The notes beneath the pieces are model-generated. The model ran no database searches. It was not told the origin of the DNA and saw nothing but the letters and a program-made list of their open reading frames with translations. A stretch of DNA of 64,000 bases from positions 53,347 through 117,346 of the IMG/VR virus record IMGVR_UViG_3300036985_003303; one strand, written 5' to 3'. Position 1 is the stretch's first letter. Each line of letters opens with the position of its first letter. The translations under genes and the position numbers were made by a program. The DNA is from a virus. This document shows positions 18,490 to 28,642 of this stretch, piece after piece.

Positions 18490-21400
18490 ATGGAAAATCC
18501 ACAAGCACAAATGCCACAAGGCCAACCAGGTCAGGCTCCAGAACAAATGCAACAAGGCGCACCTCAAGGTCAACCACAACAAGGTGGTCAAGATCCACAG
18601 ATGCAACAAATTATGCAACTTGTACAACAGATGATGCAACAAGGCGCACAACCTGCGGATGCTGCAGCTGAGTTATTAGCTAAACAAGTTCCGCCTGAAA
18701 TGATTATGCAAGTTTTTGTTCAAATGGGAATGCCAGAACAAGATGCTCAAGCAGCTATTGAACAAGCTATGCAAGGTGGTCAACAACCACAAAATCCAGG
18801 TGAAGAACAAATGGAAGGTCAAGCTAGTAATCCTCAAGAGGAAATGGCTGAACAAAGTGCACCGGCTCCAGATCAAGGCGGACAACCATCTCCTGCTGAA
18901 GAAATTCAAATGAGATATGGTGGTGGAATGCCAAGACGCTTGCGTTCATACGCTCCTGGAGGGGACACTCAAGAACTGCAAGCAGTAATGCAAAAAGTTC
19001 AAGAAATGATGTCGCAAGGTTCAGATGCAAGACAGGTTATGGAACAAATACAAGCTGCTGCACAACAAGGTCAAATTAGTCCTGAAACAGCAACATCTGT
19101 AATGGAACAACTAAGTGGTATGCAACAAGCAACAGATCCACAAGGTTCTGATGTAACAATGACAGATGGATCACAAGATCCTCAAGCACTGGATCCAAAT
19201 GTGCCTGCACCAGACTCTGCAATGGGAATGGCTAAGTTTGGAGGCAATCTTAAAAAATTAATGTCACGCGCTTATGGTGGACCGGCTATTGCTCCAGGAA
19301 CAGATTCTAAAACATACGCACAAGATAGAACATCAATGTTTGTTGGTGCTGTAAAAAATAGTGCTTACAAATCTACATTAGATGATGAGTTTCCAAGTCT
19401 TGTTGGAAATCAAAAGGTATACGGTGGCGATATTCCTAAAGCTTTTGATGGCTTTGATGTAACAAAATATAAAACAGCAGATGAAGCTGAACTTGCTGCA
19501 TATCGTTATAAACAAGGATTAAGTCCAGAAGAACAAGCTAAGTTTGATGTAACATCAACATTAAAAACTTGGAAAGAACCTGAGTTTAAAGCTGAGGCAG
19601 GCAAACAATATGAATTAGATGCGACAACTGGTAAATTAAAAGTAGTTGAAGCAAAAACTACAAATTACGGGCAGGCTTCTGATTGGCGACCATCAAATGA
19701 ACCAGGTATTCAAATGACTTATGTTAATAGCAAAGGAGAAAAAATTGGAGCAAATCAGTATAATCAACAATTTGGAAATCAACAACAAAACCTGTATGGA
19801 TATGGTGCAGTTAACCCTGTAGGTTATCAAAATCCTATGGGTAATACTTTTTGGGATAATGTAAATGCAGGTGCGTCACCATTTGCAAGAATGATGTCAG
19901 GTATTGGTACAAACAACATGTATGATCCTCGTATTACTGGTGCAAACTTACCAGGTGGTATGAATGCTAATCAATTCCTTGGTGCTATAGGACCAAATGG
20001 TTTAGTACCTGGAATGGCTGGTAAAATTGGTGAACAAAATTGGAGAGTAGGTGAAGCTGAAAAATTTAAAGAAGGAAGCATATGGAAAGGAAATAGAAGA
20101 AAAGGTGTTCGCTACCAAATAGATTGGGGTGATGCCGCTGCTATGAATCCTGCAGCACCTGCTCAAGGTCCTCAAAACAATCCAAATGCTAACGCTAATG
20201 CAAGTACTAATCCTCAAGTTCGTTTAAATACAATGACACAAACTGGTGGTTCAGGTATGGGAGCAATGGAAAGAATGGATGATAATTTATTTGATCAATC
20301 TGCGGGTAATCCAGCTGCAACCGCAACAGGTAATCCTGCAAGTACTAATAAATCTGTTCAAACAACAACGGGTGGTTCAGGCATGGGTATGATGAATGAT
20401 GAAAATTTAGGTTTTCCATCATTAAATGAATCAACTGTAAATACAGCAAATCAAAGTTTAGTTGCGCCTGGTGCTACAGATGTAGTTAATCCAGCATCTG
20501 AAGTAAATCAAATAGATCAATCTGCAGCAAATCTTAATGGTTATCCTCAAAATAATCAAGGACAAGCTCCTGTATTTAATGGTCAGCAACCAGTGATGTC
20601 TGCAACTGCACAAGATCAGGTTCAACAAGCTCCAGGAGTTGTACAGAATAGTAACTATGCTACATATGGTAATCCTACTAATACAGGCGTACCTGGAGAA
20701 TTTACTCCAGCTGAAGATTTACTTCCAGCAGGAACTGAAAATACAACTGTAGTACAAAAGCCTGGTGCTACTGTAGTACAGACTCCTGTAAAAAAGAAGA
20801 CTGTATTTAGTAAAGTTAAACCTGTTGATAATGTAGTAAAAACTGCTACACAAACAGAGGATGAACGTAGAAAGGCATGGAATGAAAAGACAGCGGTTTC
20901 AAATGCAGAATACGCTAAAGCTCAAGAAGCAGCTAAAGCAGAAGCAGATAAAAAACCTATATTGCACTCTAGTGCAGATTATCAAAAAAGGTTAGATCAA
21001 ATGCAAAAAGATAATAATGGTCAATGGTCTGATGAGATGCAAAAATTTGTGGATTTAAAAGCACAGGCTGAAAAAAGAGAAAAAGGTGTTCAGCCTAAAA
21101 AGAAAGCTCCTTTGATGGGTAAAAATTTAAATGTACAAGCCTATGGTGGAGAACCAGGCGATTGTCCAGAAGGAATGGCTTGGTCTGAAGAAGATCAAGC
21201 TTGCGTTCCTATAGCTAATACTCCAGAGTCTAAACCTTTAGATGCAAGCATAGCTGTAGGTGAGAACAATCAGTTTACTGCTAACTATTCTGGAGCTGTA
21301 GGACCAAATGGTATTGCTACTAGCAATGTAGGGTTTGGATACAATCCAAATGAAAATACAAGTTTAAAAGGTAGCTATGATGCAAATAACCAATCTGTCA

Positions 21401-22170
21401 TGTTACAAGGTAAAAAAACATGGGATGTTGGTAATGGACAATTAGGTGTTAGTGGTGGTTATACAGCTCCTGTTGGAGGAATGAATAGAGGAAACTTTAA
21501 CGGTAATGTGTATTATGATACTCAATTAGGTAAAGGACCTAATGCTGTACCCGTTAAACTTAATTTTGGTATTGGTCAACAAGCTTATGGTGGTAATGTA
21601 GATCCTGCGGCATTAGAAAATGCTATTGCTTTAATTAATCGTGCATTTGGAGGTAGAATACCAAGAGCCGTTGATGGTATTAATTTAGGTTCTGAAGATG
21701 TAGATGGAAATAAAATTCCTGATTACTTACAAGCTGAAAATTTACCAGCAGATCCATTTTCAAATAATGGAACAATTGAACAATCTGCAGGTAAAAAGTT
21801 AGACATCAATTGGAATCAAGTTGGTGCGGCTGCCGGTGACATGTACATGAACGGTGCTGGTAAAGTAACTAACTTTATGAACAAGATGCATGCTATAAAT
21901 CCTGAAAGAGATAAGGCTAAGTTGTCTGCATTAAATCGTCCAAGCAATACTTATGATACAATGAAGCAAGGGTTATATGGTCAACAAGGTGACTTTATTC
22001 CAAATGATATAGGTAATCAGGTATTGAATCCAACAGATACATATTACAATAACCAACAACAAATTTTCTCTTATGGTGGTAAAGTATATGCAATAGGTGG
22101 TGATGTTGATTTATCTGAGGATGAATATAATGAATTATTAACTGCTGGATTTAAACTTTCAAGAGTATAA
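18490..22170 (+). CDS. Internal virion (cargo/ejection) protein, largely low-complexity, 1226 aa
   Basis: ATG 18490; Q/M/P/G-rich N-terminus, eight [YF]GG motifs, one beta-rich segment; first gene after the muzzle, as for crAss-like cargo protein 1. Confidence 0.65.
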   Translation: MENPQAQMPQGQPGQAPEQMQQGAPQGQPQQGGQDPQMQQIMQLVQQMMQQGAQPADAAAELLAKQVPPEMIMQVFVQMGMPEQDAQAAIEQAMQGGQQPQNPGEEQMEGQASNPQEEMAEQSAPAPDQGGQPSPAEEIQMRYGGGMPRRLRSYAPGGDTQELQAVMQKVQEMMSQGSDARQVMEQIQAAAQQGQISPETATSVMEQLSGMQQATDPQGSDVTMTDGSQDPQALDPNVPAPDSAMGMAKFGGNLKKLMSRAYGGPAIAPGTDSKTYAQDRTSMFVGAVKNSAYKSTLDDEFPSLVGNQKVYGGDIPKAFDGFDVTKYKTADEAELAAYRYKQGLSPEEQAKFDVTSTLKTWKEPEFKAEAGKQYELDATTGKLKVVEAKTTNYGQASDWRPSNEPGIQMTYVNSKGEKIGANQYNQQFGNQQQNLYGYGAVNPVGYQNPMGNTFWDNVNAGASPFARMMSGIGTNNMYDPRITGANLPGGMNANQFLGAIGPNGLVPGMAGKIGEQNWRVGEAEKFKEGSIWKGNRRKGVRYQIDWGDAAAMNPAAPAQGPQNNPNANANASTNPQVRLNTMTQTGGSGMGAMERMDDNLFDQSAGNPAATATGNPASTNKSVQTTTGGSGMGMMNDENLGFPSLNESTVNTANQSLVAPGATDVVNPASEVNQIDQSAANLNGYPQNNQGQAPVFNGQQPVMSATAQDQVQQAPGVVQNSNYATYGNPTNTGVPGEFTPAEDLLPAGTENTTVVQKPGATVVQTPVKKKTVFSKVKPVDNVVKTATQTEDERRKAWNEKTAVSNAEYAKAQEAAKAEADKKPILHSSADYQKRLDQMQKDNNGQWSDEMQKFVDLKAQAEKREKGVQPKKKAPLMGKNLNVQAYGGEPGDCPEGMAWSEEDQACVPIANTPESKPLDASIAVGENNQFTANYSGAVGPNGIATSNVGFGYNPNENTSLKGSYDANNQSVMLQGKKTWDVGNGQLGVSGGYTAPVGGMNRGNFNGNVYYDTQLGKGPNAVPVKLNFGIGQQAYGGNVDPAALENAIALINRAFGGRIPRAVDGINLGSEDVDGNKIPDYLQAENLPADPFSNNGTIEQSAGKKLDINWNQVGAAAGDMYMNGAGKVTNFMNKMHAINPERDKAKLSALNRPSNTYDTMKQGLYGQQGDFIPNDIGNQVLNPTDTYYNNQQQIFSYGGKVYAIGGDVDLSEDEYNELLTAGFKLSRV

Positions 22171-22172
22171 TT

Positions 22173-24479
22173 ATGGGTAAGTACACAATAACTGGATTTC
22201 CTAATCAAGAAGTACCTAAAGTAACTTTGTCAAAAGTTCTTGGTCCTGTGAATAGGAAGATAGCTAATGTTGAAGCTGAGAAAGGTGAAACAGTAGTTAC
22301 AAACATGAGCAGAGGTATTAACAATATCTATGAGATGTATTCTATTGGTGGCAAGAAGCACAGCCAAGGTGGAACTCCTTTGTCTTTACCTACTGATGGT
22401 GATAAGGAATCTGACGGAACTTCGTTTATCTTTAGTGATAACAAGAAGATGATAGTAAAAGATCCTGCAATCCTTGAGTACTTTGGTGTTAATCCAAAGA
22501 AGCCTCAAACATTTGCAGGCATTTCTAAATCATGGCTAGATGCAATCAATACGTCAAAACAAATTCTTATTGATGATACAGCGGATAAAGTAAGCAAGAA
22601 GTCTGCGGAAATGTCAATGGACAATGCCGCGTTTAAAATTGCCGCGTTGAAACTTTTACAAGAATCACGCAAAGGATTTAAAGATGGTGTACCTAATGGA
22701 CTATCTCCGTTCTTTGATAAGTTGCAGATTGATCCTAATGAAATGTTTGCAATGAACCAACAAGACGCAGGTGCAGCTAATCAAGCTGTTGCTAAAGCTT
22801 TTGGTGGTGCGGTTAATGATTTTGTAGCTACTAATGAATTGTATCCATTTCCTTCATTGGCAATGGGTGGTGAACTGCCTTATTATAAAGATAAAGGTGA
22901 GGTAAGTGAAGAAGCTTTAGCTAATTCTGAAAAGAAAGATGAACCTAAAAAAGATGAACTTGCTTGGGGTACAGTAGATAATAATTCTAAAAAACAATAT
23001 GATTACATTGTTAATCAGTTGTCTACTAATGATAAGTTTAAAGAAGCTTTATTTAAAGAATATCAAGCGGCTGCAAATCAAAGGGATAATTTTGGTAAGG
23101 GTTACAATAATCAGTTTGATACTAAAAAAGGTTCTAAAGAAGCATTGCTTAGAAAAACTCCAGAAGAAGTGTTTCAAGATTATCTTGAATTTCAAAAAAG
23201 AAATCTTATGCTTCAATCTCATGGTAAAGATGTTTTGGGTACAGAACAAAATCCAGGAAGAGATGCAAAAGGTAATAGAAATGTATCAAACAAAGACATT
23301 ACAAAATGGTCAAGTGACTTAGGTGTTCCGCTTCCAAACATGGATAAAGCTACACAAGAACAGTTATCATATATTGCTTTTGAAAATCTTTCTAAAAATA
23401 GAGATGTTTATGATGCTGAATTAAAAGATGTAATGAAACCTTTTGGTGCAAATCAAAGAGGAAAAAGTGATGAAAAAATTGCAGGTTCAACAGATTGGGG
23501 TGATATTTCAAAAGCAGATGGTGCGTACACAAACACAACTGCTGGACAAATTAGTTTTTTTACTCCTCCGGAAGAAAAAGAAATAGAAAAAGAAAAAACA
23601 CAAGTTTGTGCTACATGTCCAGATGGAACAGTTCCGGTTAGAGATGCTAGTGGTAATTGTGCACCGTGTAATACAAAAGCACCCGATTATAAAAAGTTAG
23701 GTCCAACAACACCTCTTGTAAATCCTTATGGCTTTAGGAGAGAAGACTTGGCTTCACTTAATCGTGCTGTACAAGCTAGATTTGAGATACCTGAATTACA
23801 TCCTTGGGCTAAGTCTGCTGAAGTTGTTATGCCGGATCGTGCATACTATTCACCAGAGCGAACTATTGCGGCTAAGAATGAGCAATTGAATCAAATGATG
23901 CAAGGTGTTTCTGCATTTGGAAATGCACAATCTGCGGGTGCAACTGCTATGGCTTTAAGTGGTCAAGCTTACGGTGATGTAGCAAATGCAATTAGTGACT
24001 ATGCTGATAAGAATGTAGGTGTGTTTAATGCAGGTGAGCAATACAATACTCAACTAGCAAATGCGCGTAATGCTCAAGATGCTCAGTTGGCTACAAGCAT
24101 GTATGATAAAGAGAACATTTTAAAACAAAGTCTTTCAAATTCTATTAGTGCTGCTAAAGATAAAATTGTGCAGCTTTCTAATCAAGCTTATACTAATGCA
24201 TCAAACATTTATAATTTGAATACTACAACGGAGAACTTCAAGAAAGATCCATTTACAGGTATTATAACTAAAATGAATGATAGGGCATTAACTCCTACTA
24301 AAGACAACGCAGAAGATCTTGGAACACAGTTTAATGATTTTGCAAAAACAGTACCTACATTAACTCCAGACTTGGCAATGAAGTTATTTCAAGCTCAAAA
24401 ATCTGGCAAATGGGTTGTTGAAAAGGATGATGAAATTACTAAAGCAAGTGAGTTGAACAACACCAATGTTTCGTCTTAA
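22173..24479 (+). CDS. Internal virion (cargo) protein, 768 aa
   Basis: N-terminal NVEAEKGETVV...GGKKHSQGGTPL...FIFSD module; AFGG/AMGG motifs; C-terminal Q/A/N-rich helical region. Confidence 0.6.
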   Translation: MGKYTITGFPNQEVPKVTLSKVLGPVNRKIANVEAEKGETVVTNMSRGINNIYEMYSIGGKKHSQGGTPLSLPTDGDKESDGTSFIFSDNKKMIVKDPAILEYFGVNPKKPQTFAGISKSWLDAINTSKQILIDDTADKVSKKSAEMSMDNAAFKIAALKLLQESRKGFKDGVPNGLSPFFDKLQIDPNEMFAMNQQDAGAANQAVAKAFGGAVNDFVATNELYPFPSLAMGGELPYYKDKGEVSEEALANSEKKDEPKKDELAWGTVDNNSKKQYDYIVNQLSTNDKFKEALFKEYQAAANQRDNFGKGYNNQFDTKKGSKEALLRKTPEEVFQDYLEFQKRNLMLQSHGKDVLGTEQNPGRDAKGNRNVSNKDITKWSSDLGVPLPNMDKATQEQLSYIAFENLSKNRDVYDAELKDVMKPFGANQRGKSDEKIAGSTDWGDISKADGAYTNTTAGQISFFTPPEEKEIEKEKTQVCATCPDGTVPVRDASGNCAPCNTKAPDYKKLGPTTPLVNPYGFRREDLASLNRAVQARFEIPELHPWAKSAEVVMPDRAYYSPERTIAAKNEQLNQMMQGVSAFGNAQSAGATAMALSGQAYGDVANAISDYADKNVGVFNAGEQYNTQLANARNAQDAQLATSMYDKENILKQSLSNSISAAKDKIVQLSNQAYTNASNIYNLNTTTENFKKDPFTGIITKMNDRALTPTKDNAEDLGTQFNDFAKTVPTLTPDLAMKLFQAQKSGKWVVEKDDEITKASELNNTNVSS

Positions 24480-24485
24480 CTAATT

Positions 24486-24513
24486 TTTGTTTAGGGTTTA
24501 ATTAATATATTTA
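24486..24513 (+). promoter_or_regulatory. Possible promoter (TTTG...TATATTTA)
   Basis: TTTG 24486-24489, 16-nt spacer, TATATTTA 24506-24513, A-rich run, ATG 24525. The spacer is shorter than in the other copies. Confidence 0.4.
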
Positions 24514-24524
24514 CAAAAAAAACA

Positions 24525-26342
24525 ATGGCAACTTATATACAGGGACAGACAGATTATATTAGTCAGATACAGCCGACAGAACCAAATTTAGCATTTGATG
24601 CGCAAATATTGCAACAAAAACAAGCTAAGTATGATGCTAATCATAAAAAAGTAAGTGAGTTATATGGTTCATTATTAAACTCTTCATTGACGCGTTCTGA
24701 TAATATTGCAGCCAGAGATGAGTTCTTTCAAATTATCAATGATGACATTAGAAGAATGGGGGGTTTAGATTTTTCATTAGATCAAAATGTTCAAGCAGCC
24801 GCAGGTGTTTTTCAATCTATTTATACTAATAACAACATTGTTAAAGATATGGTTTGGACCAAAAACTATAACAGTGAAACAAATAGAATGGAAGGATTCA
24901 AAAATTGTTTAGATGAAGAAAAATGTGGTGGTTCATATTGGGAAGAAGGTGATAAATATATGCAGTATAAACGCGCTGAATACAAAAATGCATCAGCTGG
25001 CGATGCTTTAGGTATGGCAGATGTAACTTTTGTTCCATATAAAAGTGTAATGAAAGAAGCTATTAAACTAGCTAAAGATGCAGGTCTTAATATTGAGTAT
25101 GATAAGTTAAGTCCAGATGGTAACTACATGGTTACTACAAAAAATGGAGAAGTATTGCGTTCACCTTTAACTGCGCTTTTTAATAAAACCATTGGACAAA
25201 ATCCAAAGTTTGCTGAGATGTTTAAAACAAAAGCTTATGTAGATAGAAATGACTGGGCTTACAGTAAAGTAAACATGGGTGAATTTAAAGATGTCAATGA
25301 AGCACAGTTAGGATATGTAAAACAAATTGATAAAAATAACCAAGCAAAGATTGAAGAACAAGCTGAAGCATTAAATACAGACATTGGTCACTTAGATCAA
25401 AAATCAAGAGAGCTTGAAGAAGATTTTAAAAATGGTCGGTTTCAACAAGGTAGTGAAAAATACAATCAACTTGTTGAGTTAAAACAATTGCAAGAAAGTG
25501 CCGCAAATGCTAAAGCTTATACAGATCAAATTTCTTCTATTTCACCAACCAATCAAGCAGGCATTGGAGCTTTAACAGATCATATTGATAATCAAAACGC
25601 GTATGCTTATTTTAATGATGAGATACAAGGTGCTGTGAATACACTTATTTTTAAAGATGCTAAGTCAACTATGAAAGCAGATGATTTTGCTAAAATGAAA
25701 GTAGATCATAGTTATAAGTTATCTGAAATGGCCACTCAGCATGGTTACAATGTTGCATTGGATGCATCACAAACTGCAAATAAAATAGCATTAGAAGATC
25801 ATAAAAAGGCAATTGGTAACTCGGCTTATACAGGAGAAAGTAAAAAAGATTTATTAAATAAATCAGATACTTACATTGATACTAAAAATAAAGCTGAAGC
25901 GTATGATGTTAATGCTGCTGCAAGAGATAATATGAAAAAAATGGGATTTGGTACCGAAGTCCCTACAGCAGCAAGTGTGGCTACATATCAACCAGGAACA
26001 CAACTTTATGCTGATTATCAAAAAGCATTAAAAGCTGCTGAACAGGAATATAGCACAATACAACGTGAAGCAAATAAAGCAGCCGCTGCTTATGGTGAAA
26101 TTCCTAAGTTTAGAGATGTTATGACTATTACAGATATTCAAGAATATAATAAAAAATATGAGTGGGATTATGAAACTACTTGGTCTAAAAATACATTTAA
26201 TAATATGAAAACAAAGTATCCAAAACTTGCAGCATTAGGAGATGAAAAAGCTTTAGAAGTTTACAATGAAGCTATTTCAAAAAGTGATAAAACAAAACCA
26301 TTAGTAGGACAGATAGATATTTATTTAGATAACAAATATTAA
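24525..26342 (+). CDS. Internal virion (cargo) protein, helical, 605 aa
   Basis: MATYIQGQTDYISQIQPTEPNL...; coiled-coil-rich; located in the cargo operon. Confidence 0.6.
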   Translation: MATYIQGQTDYISQIQPTEPNLAFDAQILQQKQAKYDANHKKVSELYGSLLNSSLTRSDNIAARDEFFQIINDDIRRMGGLDFSLDQNVQAAAGVFQSIYTNNNIVKDMVWTKNYNSETNRMEGFKNCLDEEKCGGSYWEEGDKYMQYKRAEYKNASAGDALGMADVTFVPYKSVMKEAIKLAKDAGLNIEYDKLSPDGNYMVTTKNGEVLRSPLTALFNKTIGQNPKFAEMFKTKAYVDRNDWAYSKVNMGEFKDVNEAQLGYVKQIDKNNQAKIEEQAEALNTDIGHLDQKSRELEEDFKNGRFQQGSEKYNQLVELKQLQESAANAKAYTDQISSISPTNQAGIGALTDHIDNQNAYAYFNDEIQGAVNTLIFKDAKSTMKADDFAKMKVDHSYKLSEMATQHGYNVALDASQTANKIALEDHKKAIGNSAYTGESKKDLLNKSDTYIDTKNKAEAYDVNAAARDNMKKMGFGTEVPTAASVATYQPGTQLYADYQKALKAAEQEYSTIQREANKAAAAYGEIPKFRDVMTITDIQEYNKKYEWDYETTWSKNTFNNMKTKYPKLAALGDEKALEVYNEAISKSDKTKPLVGQIDIYLDNKY

Positions 26343-26347
26343 AAACC

Positions 26348-28633
26348 ATGGGCTTAATATTAACTGCAACGGATATAAAAAAACCAGGAACACCTGCTTT
26401 AGATAAAAGTGGAACACCAGGAAAAATTGAATCAAAAGATAAAGTAGCTAAACTTAGTAACTGGGATTCTGAAATTGCTCCTATTATAGATGAACATCCT
26501 GAACTTAAAAAGACTATAAATTTTGAAACTTCAAAACCTATGATGCGTGCTGTAAATGGCAGGTATGATAATGTAATGGGACAACTAAGAGAAGATGATC
26601 CTAAAGCTTATGAAAATTTTAAGAAGTTTAAAAATAGTTCAGTAGCTATGGCTAATGAGTTAAAAAAAATTAATACTGGTGGGTTTAGTCCTGAGAATTT
26701 GTTTAAGTATCAAAAAGACGCAATGGTTTATTTTGATAATATTGAGAAGTCTTATGCGTATGACAAAAATAAAAGATTTGCAATGAACTCTGAAGGTCAC
26801 ATGATGACAAGAGAACAATATGATAAATGGGATCAGACACCAAGAGTTTCTAGGGATAAAGCATCAACTACAGCTAAAGTAGTTTATGATCCATCAGGTG
26901 AACAAGAAATTGTTGCTGATTATGAAACAGCTAATGTAAGCAGTGGTTATAAAAAACTTAAAAACATTGACCAGCATTACAAAAATCAAGGTCTTGATTT
27001 AATTCAACCAATTACAAAATCTTGGATAGCTACTTCTTTGCAAAGAATTGATACAAAGAAACCAGTTGCTGATAGAGATTCGTCTGCTTTAAATATGAAC
27101 ATGGATATTTTAAGTCATATTGGAAAATACAAAACAACAGGTGATCCAGATTTAGCAGCAGGTGATCAGCAAACTGCAAATAATATCCTAAAGCAAATCC
27201 GAGGAAAAGATAGAACTGAACAATTGCAACTACTTAAAACTTATTCTGATAAGATTAATGGTATGGCTGGTCGAATGGGTTACTATGGTAATGCTAGTAT
27301 CTATAACAAGTATAAAAAGGGCTACATTGGAAAAACTTTAGATTATTATCCGCAATCAAAAGACAAAGACCGTACTGATTATTATAATCAAACTCAAGAA
27401 AATGGAGTTATTGATAGAACAATTAATAACTACAGACAGTTTCGCGGAGTTAATAAAGATATTAGAGTTCAGACTAGAGAGTTGACTAGTTCTAAATGGA
27501 AAGAAATTGGTGATGCTTTTGGTTATGATTTAAAAAAATCTCAATTTGATTTAGCAATGGATCAGTTAGTTGATGAAAATGGAAACATTGTAAGTTATAA
27601 AACATGGAGCAGTAATCTTAGAAAAATAAAAGATCCAACTAATCACGTTTACACTCCAGGAGGCAATCCTACAGTTGGCAGCACATTTAAAAATATACAA
27701 AAAAATGGACTTAAAAATAAATCAGCTTTAGGTCAAATTTGGGAACAAAATAAAGGTTATCATGTTGGAGATGGCGGAATAGATTGGTTGCCTTATGGAA
27801 GCACTGACAAAGAAGATGTAGAAGCGGATTTAGTTGGTATTTATAGTAACTTAAAAAAGGCTTACAAAAAGAATTTTGATAATGTTAAAACTAACACTGT
27901 GTATGGTGCTACTTTGATGGATGCGGGTTTCGGTAATGAAAGAAATCAAGCAATGGAATATCACGGTGTTAGTTTAGCTGTAGATAAAAACATGAGATTA
28001 AAAGCAACAGAGGGACCAAAACAAGAAAACATAAATAAAGTATTTGGTTTGTTGTTTGATGAAAATGGAAATGTAGATAAACAGAATGTAACATTGTTTA
28101 GCAATAAAGACATTAAAGATGGACTCAACGCAGTACAATCTGATGAATTAAAAGAACAAAGAAAAAACAATGATGTCATTTTAAAAAACTTTTTAAAAAA
28201 AGACAATGATAATGTTACTATGACTTTCTATAGGAACACTAATGTTTCTGGTCAAGCAGCTTATCAGTTCTATAATACAAAAACTAAAGAAAGCATAATG
28301 GTATATGCTCCTAAATCAATGTTAGGAAAAAATGGTGTTAAAGAAGATTTGTTTACAAAAACCGGAAGAGATCCGCTAGACTTTACTTTTAAAGCTAAAG
28401 GTGAACTTACTATGCCTCAGTTAAATGATAAAGAAGGTAAACCTGCTTATGAATCTGCAGCATTAAAATATGATAAAGAAAATGATTCATATATTGGAGA
28501 GATTTGGGATTATAATAGTGAGGGTAATTTGAAAAAGAAAGTTATTGAATATCCTTATGGTTCTGCAATTTCTGTAAATGATGTTCAGAAGAAATTTTTA
28601 GAATTTTTAGGTGATTATAGAAACAGCAAATAA
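26348..28633 (+). CDS. Internal virion (cargo) protein of unknown function, 761 aa
   Basis: Lys-rich, no Cys seen; tightly packed between cargo genes (5-nt and 9-nt gaps). Confidence 0.55.
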   Translation: MGLILTATDIKKPGTPALDKSGTPGKIESKDKVAKLSNWDSEIAPIIDEHPELKKTINFETSKPMMRAVNGRYDNVMGQLREDDPKAYENFKKFKNSSVAMANELKKINTGGFSPENLFKYQKDAMVYFDNIEKSYAYDKNKRFAMNSEGHMMTREQYDKWDQTPRVSRDKASTTAKVVYDPSGEQEIVADYETANVSSGYKKLKNIDQHYKNQGLDLIQPITKSWIATSLQRIDTKKPVADRDSSALNMNMDILSHIGKYKTTGDPDLAAGDQQTANNILKQIRGKDRTEQLQLLKTYSDKINGMAGRMGYYGNASIYNKYKKGYIGKTLDYYPQSKDKDRTDYYNQTQENGVIDRTINNYRQFRGVNKDIRVQTRELTSSKWKEIGDAFGYDLKKSQFDLAMDQLVDENGNIVSYKTWSSNLRKIKDPTNHVYTPGGNPTVGSTFKNIQKNGLKNKSALGQIWEQNKGYHVGDGGIDWLPYGSTDKEDVEADLVGIYSNLKKAYKKNFDNVKTNTVYGATLMDAGFGNERNQAMEYHGVSLAVDKNMRLKATEGPKQENINKVFGLLFDENGNVDKQNVTLFSNKDIKDGLNAVQSDELKEQRKNNDVILKNFLKKDNDNVTMTFYRNTNVSGQAAYQFYNTKTKESIMVYAPKSMLGKNGVKEDLFTKTGRDPLDFTFKAKGELTMPQLNDKEGKPAYESAALKYDKENDSYIGEIWDYNSEGNLKKKVIEYPYGSAISVNDVQKKFLEFLGDYRNSK

Positions 28634-28642
28634 CAATTGGTC

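Noticed and set aside
26330-26350. Programmed frameshift joining the 605-aa and 761-aa cargo ORFs
   Set aside because: The downstream frame has a TAA at 26330, only 18 nt before its ATG, there is no clear slippery heptamer or downstream structure, and the ATG has a normal A-rich context.
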